Shown piece by piece: positions 61,317-64,000 of a DNA stretch of 64,000 nucleotides; position 1 is the first letter of the stretch, and each line of letters opens with the position of its first letter. Source of the DNA: Podarcis muralis (Eukaryota); NCBI RefSeq assembly GCF_964188315.1, contig NC_135671.1, positions 1,116,001 through 1,180,000 on the forward strand, written 5' to 3'. The notes beneath the pieces are model-generated. The model had not been told where the DNA came from. It worked only from the letters and a program-made list of their open reading frames with translations, and made no database searches. A program made the position numbers and the translations under genes.

Positions 61317-63080
61317 GGCTTTGCAGAACAGCATAGCTAAACACCACATCAAGTATGTTAAACCCTCTGCAGGGGTGGCCAGCTCCCAAGAGACTGCGAT
61401 CTACTTTCAGAATTAAAATCTGGCAGTGATCCACCCCCGTTTTTTAGGGGTTCAGCTCAAACTTGTTGAGATTTTTTTTGGGGGGTTAAGGTGCAGTTAA
61501 GGTTTTGGGGGGGTTAAGGTGCAGGCTTCTGGCGGGGCGGGGAGGAAGGCAAGGGAAGTTGGGGTTAAGTCACAAAAACATAGCTATGGATGAAAACAGC
61601 CACACAGAGGGAGCTCCGTCTTCCCTTCCTGAGTTCAAACAACAATGGAAGGCGGGACAGGAGTCAGATTTACCAATGCAGAGGAAAGGGAGTCAGAGAT
61701 CGACCGCAATCTACCAAAAGATCACGGGGATCTACCAGTAGATCGCGATCAACCTGTTGGACATCCCTGCAGAGTGTTTTGCAGTGTTCTATGCAGCTGC
61801 AGATGCAGGACTGAACAGAAGGTATGGATTCTACACCATCAAAGCACCAATGTTACTTCTTTGTCTAGAGTAGACGGGTCTTGCCAGTTCAGTGCAAAGC
61901 TCCCACAATAATACAGAGGCCAGCAAATAAATGAAAAGTTAAAATTTCCAGCCCTGCATGAAGCTGGATGGCATTCGCATTACCTTTCAAGGCCTTCAGT
62001 AAGACTGACTGAGTTTTCCCAGGGTTGCTGGTCTTCAGCTCTGCTCTGTAGACTCCCCCAAAGCTGCCATTTCTTATAAACTTCAGTGACTCCCAGGATA
62101 TTTTCTCATGTGGAATCTCCATCTCCTTGAAGGTTAAGGCTGCAGTTTTAAGCAAGGAACTCCTGGTTGTCTCATTTAATTGGATGGTAGTATGTTCCGA
62201 TATGCTGACCGTTTTCCCTGGGCTTTTCTTCTTTTCTGGTACTGGGACATGACCTGTTAGCAAATGTAAAACTTGTGGTGAAACACAGAGTAGGTATTTC
62301 CCACTTGCCACCCCTTACATTTTAGTTTTAGCCATGTACTCTCTAACCCTCTGTTCTGGGAAATATTTTACAACAGGATTTCAAAAAGACAGATGTTCTT
62401 GCAACACAAATGTAAAACATTGACTCTTTATTTATAGAAAATTGTTGTTTAAAGGATGCCCCAAAATCAAGCTGGTGATGCAGATGCATTCTAGATCAGG
62501 CTTCCTCAACCTCGGCGCTCCAGATGTTTTGAGACAATTCCCATCACCCCTGACCACTGGTCCTGCTAGCTAGGGATCATGGGAGCTGTAGGCCAAAAAC
62601 ATCTGGAGGGCCGAGGTTGAGGAAACCTGTTCTAGATTAACCTCATGGTGGAAGAGAGCTATGGAAGCTATGTTGAGGCAGCACATGAACAGGACTCTAA
62701 GTATGAAGGTGGCATGTTCTCAGATCTGTAGGGGTGTGTCAGGTCTTAGGGTATGACTTGAAAATTCAAGACCTTAGCCACCTCGAGGTCTTCAGAGAAA
62801 GTACTGTACAGTTGTTTCCCAGCAACTGGTAATCAGAGGAGCACAGCACACGATCCTGGAAGTGGCATACAGCCATCATGACTATCCCTCCAACTTTCTT
62901 CTCCTGGCACCTGGCAATTTTGACAGCTGTCCTTACCTTCTTCGCTGGACTCTGGAGAATCCTGCTGCTTTGCCTTCATGCTCTGGTAATGGAGCCAAAG
63001 GATGACACTTAAGATAATGACAAATACCCCTATCAAGAGGACTGGTACAATGATTACTTCAGTCTGATTCTCTCGTACAA
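50687..63080 (-). CDS. STYK1: STYK1/NOK-type transmembrane tyrosine (pseudo)kinase, 5'-incomplete, 8 coding exons in window
   Basis: Exons (minus): 62937-63080, 61984-62253, 60388-60569, 58768-58851, 57136-57344, 55961-56001, 55017-55113, 50687-50891. GT-AG, phases compatible (1232 nt = 2 + 410 codons including stop). TM segment EVIIVPVLLIGVFVIILSVILW; HGDVAARN; PLKWQAPE; C-terminal PELYAAVAGI. Orthologue versus paralogue not resolved. Confidence 0.9.
51043..51400 (+). mobile_element. Sauria-type SINE
   Basis: 14-bp TSD tattttatagcagt at 51029-51042 and 51401-51414. Confidence 0.9.
51763..52099 (-). mobile_element. Sauria-type SINE
   Basis: Homologous to the other copies; degenerate TSD tcgaggggcgctaa / tcaaggggtggtaa. 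Confidence 0.88.
52490..52760 (-). mobile_element. Penelope-like element 3' fragment
   Basis: Minus strand aaaagcttatcccataatacatttgttagtctttaaggtgctg resembles recalled squamate Penelope termini. Confidence 0.55.
53633..53890 (+). mobile_element. Tc1/mariner-superfamily MITE
   Basis: Same family as 19572-19803; TA TSD at both ends. Confidence 0.9.
54318..54352. repeat. (AAT)n microsatellite
   Basis: About 11 AAT units. Confidence 0.9.
54381..54638 (-). mobile_element. Tc1/mariner-superfamily MITE (inverted relative to 53633-53890)
   Basis: Reverse complement of the 53633 copy; TA TSD. Confidence 0.9.
55017..55113 (-). CDS. STYK1: STYK1 kinase C-lobe exon
   Basis: ccag|(G)APPFPEVPPSDILQHLQRQHTMKRPSSCQPA+AT|gtaaga. 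Confidence 0.93.
55297..55428 (-). mobile_element. tRNA-headed SINE with CR1-type 3' end
   Basis: Minus strand reads atagctcggttggcagagcatg...ggttggactagatg...ccaaccgtatgattct. Confidence 0.7.
55961..56001 (-). CDS. STYK1: STYK1 41-nt exon
   Basis: gcag|A+WSFGILLYEMITL+G|gtaagt. Confidence 0.93.
57136..57344 (-). CDS. STYK1: STYK1 catalytic-loop exon
   Basis: ccag|DFLQGKKLFHGDVAARNVLIGNAFTVKLCRLGLAY...PLKWQAPERLMKKPPNIKSD+AT|gtacgg. Confidence 0.93.
57486..57853 (+). mobile_element. Sauria-type SINE (second subfamily)
   Basis: Same subfamily body as 42280-42638, with a ttacctttacctt tail. Confidence 0.9.
58305..58620 (-). mobile_element. L1/Tx1 LINE 3' end
   Basis: Minus strand RNQDDKLFIKEWKSFIEYLQINCK followed by a 3' UTR with aataaa. 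Confidence 0.7.
58768..58851 (-). CDS. STYK1: STYK1 kinase exon
   Basis: ctag|DVVTMDGLPLDLTEKQVYKIGQQIASAL|gtaagt. Confidence 0.93.
59183..59475. mobile_element. Non-autonomous hAT element
   Basis: TIRs caggggtcagcaa / ttgcctacccctg; 8-bp TSD acctacaa. Confidence 0.88.
60030..60318. mobile_element. Tigger/mariner-type MITE
   Basis: TIRs cagtggtgcctcgcaagacg / cgtcttgcggggcaccactg; TA TSD; internal ttagcggct repeats. Confidence 0.9.
60388..60569 (-). CDS. STYK1: STYK1 kinase exon
   Basis: tcag|(E)SASSYEIKDFMERIKFYQFLGNHENIVKLIGCC...NLLNFLWTCRR|gtaagt. Confidence 0.93.
60621..60874. mobile_element. Non-autonomous hAT element (degraded)
   Basis: caggggtcagcaaacc ... gtttgcctacccatg termini; no clean TSD. 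Confidence 0.65.
61090..61309. repeat. Two (CA)n microsatellites
   Basis: Long CA runs at about 61092-61134 and 61268-61309. Confidence 0.95.
61370..61769. mobile_element. Non-autonomous hAT-like element
   Basis: caggggtggcca / tggacatccctg ends with subterminal gatc(g/t)ac repeats. Confidence 0.6.
61984..62253 (-). CDS. STYK1: STYK1 juxtamembrane / kinase N-lobe exon
   Basis: ctaacag|(G)HVPVPEKK...FIRNGSFGGVYRAE...SVLLKALK+G|gtaatg; an alternative in-frame acceptor exists at 62271. Confidence 0.85.
62497..62629. mobile_element. Palindromic hAT MITE
   Basis: Same family as 22763-22898; 8-bp TSD ttctagat. Confidence 0.9.
62937..63080 (-). CDS. STYK1: STYK1 transmembrane exon
   Basis: acag|TT+VRENQTEVIIVPVLLIGVFVIILSVILWLHYQSMKAKQQDSPESSEE+G|gtaagg. 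Confidence 0.9.
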
Positions 63081-64000
63081 CTGTCAATGGAAATAGCAAA
63101 CGATAATAAAGTTATAATAGCTGGTGTTCATCTGGCTCATCGCAAGCAGGTGTGCAGCGCAAGAGTTATTCAAGCTGTTCTCTCACTCTCTGCAACAAAA
63201 GCATCTCTCACAAGGACAGAAATGACAGGCCAAACGATCTATCAAGTTAAGATTATTCTGGCTTCTCAGACTGCAGCATAGTCACGATAACTTGTGAACA
63301 TCTTGACCTTGAACATGTTAAAAACAAAACACTTACTTGCTGTAAAGACCTGTGCCTAAAGATAATTTTCAGCTCAAAAGCTTGCGATCTTTTAGAAATG
63401 GTGGAAGGACCATTAAATAAAATGACATTTAATTTATTCCATATTCCATTTTCTGGGACACCCCAGGGTCCCAATCCACCAGAATTGCTTTTGGGTTTAC
63501 TGACTTTAGACTTCAGTACATAATTAGTGGGAAACCACAAAATTATAGTACTTCTTTGTTATCCATAGCCATGTATGATTTTTGACTTGCGGAAAGGGCC
63601 AGGGAGCATCTCTCTGATGCTCTTCCTACGCTCTCTTCTCTGCCTTGAATGTAGCTATTATTATTGGTTTGCCAAGGGGATTGCTTATGAATATATGGTT
63701 TAAAACAAACAAATTACAGTTACACATTCTACTTGGTTGTACATATTGAGCTTAGCTGAAACAGTTAAGGGAAGACACAATGCAGGCTAGCGCATAAGAA
63801 GATGAGAACACGTAAGAACATTAAGAAGAGCCCGGCTGGATCACATCAAAGGCCCATCTTGCAAGATCGTTTTGATTAAGGAAGGCTGATAGAATTGTCC
63901 AACTAAGCCAGAAAACATTTTCTATAAACTATTGATTTGCTGCAGCTCAGCATGTGCGATCTTCCCAGATGTAGAGTGCACTAAAAGAGAGAAAGCCGTT

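Noticed and set aside
62254-62271. Upstream in-frame acceptor (cacaag at 62272) adding VLHLLT
   Set aside because: The ctaacag acceptor at 62254 aligns better with the recalled homologue (G-x-x-PVP); the upstream site is not excluded but has no support.
63081-64000. Search for the STYK1 first coding exon
   Set aside because: No segment encoding a plausible N-terminus with a phase-1 donor was found; it probably lies beyond the window.

Overview
Vertebrate genomic DNA, not prokaryotic. The repeat complement (Sauria-type SINEs, Bov-B/RTE with (CAA)n tails, L2 with (TAA)n tails, CR1, L1, Penelope, hAT and Tc1/mariner MITEs) points to a squamate, probably a lacertid lizard (inference). Three spliced genes were reconstructed by hand from splice sites and exon phases. 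KPNA1 (importin alpha-5; minus strand) has 13 coding exons at 2652-16171 giving 538 aa, with a CpG-island promoter near 29.0-29.45 kb. FBXO40 (plus strand) has 3 coding exons at 41349-47314 giving 705 aa, with a GC-AG last intron. STYK1 or a close paralogue (minus strand) has 8 coding exons at 50687-63080; its first coding exon was not found in the window. About 0.9 kb upstream of and head-to-head with KPNA1 lies an intronless NELFB/COBRA1 retrocopy (30196-33022), interrupted by a 728-bp solo LTR and a 5'-truncated Bov-B. I found no evidence of a wholly new multi-gene system. The best leads are the NELFB retrocopy (intact N-terminal ORF, LTR poly(A) signal, possible L2-chimeric 3' end), the repeat and hairpin architecture around the KPNA1 promoter, a duplicated STYK1 terminal-exon acceptor, a multi-hairpin segment plus CArG/MEF2 module upstream of FBXO40, and a promoter-like island between the convergent FBXO40 and STYK1 3' ends. 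Family assignments come from recalled sequence knowledge; no database search was run.
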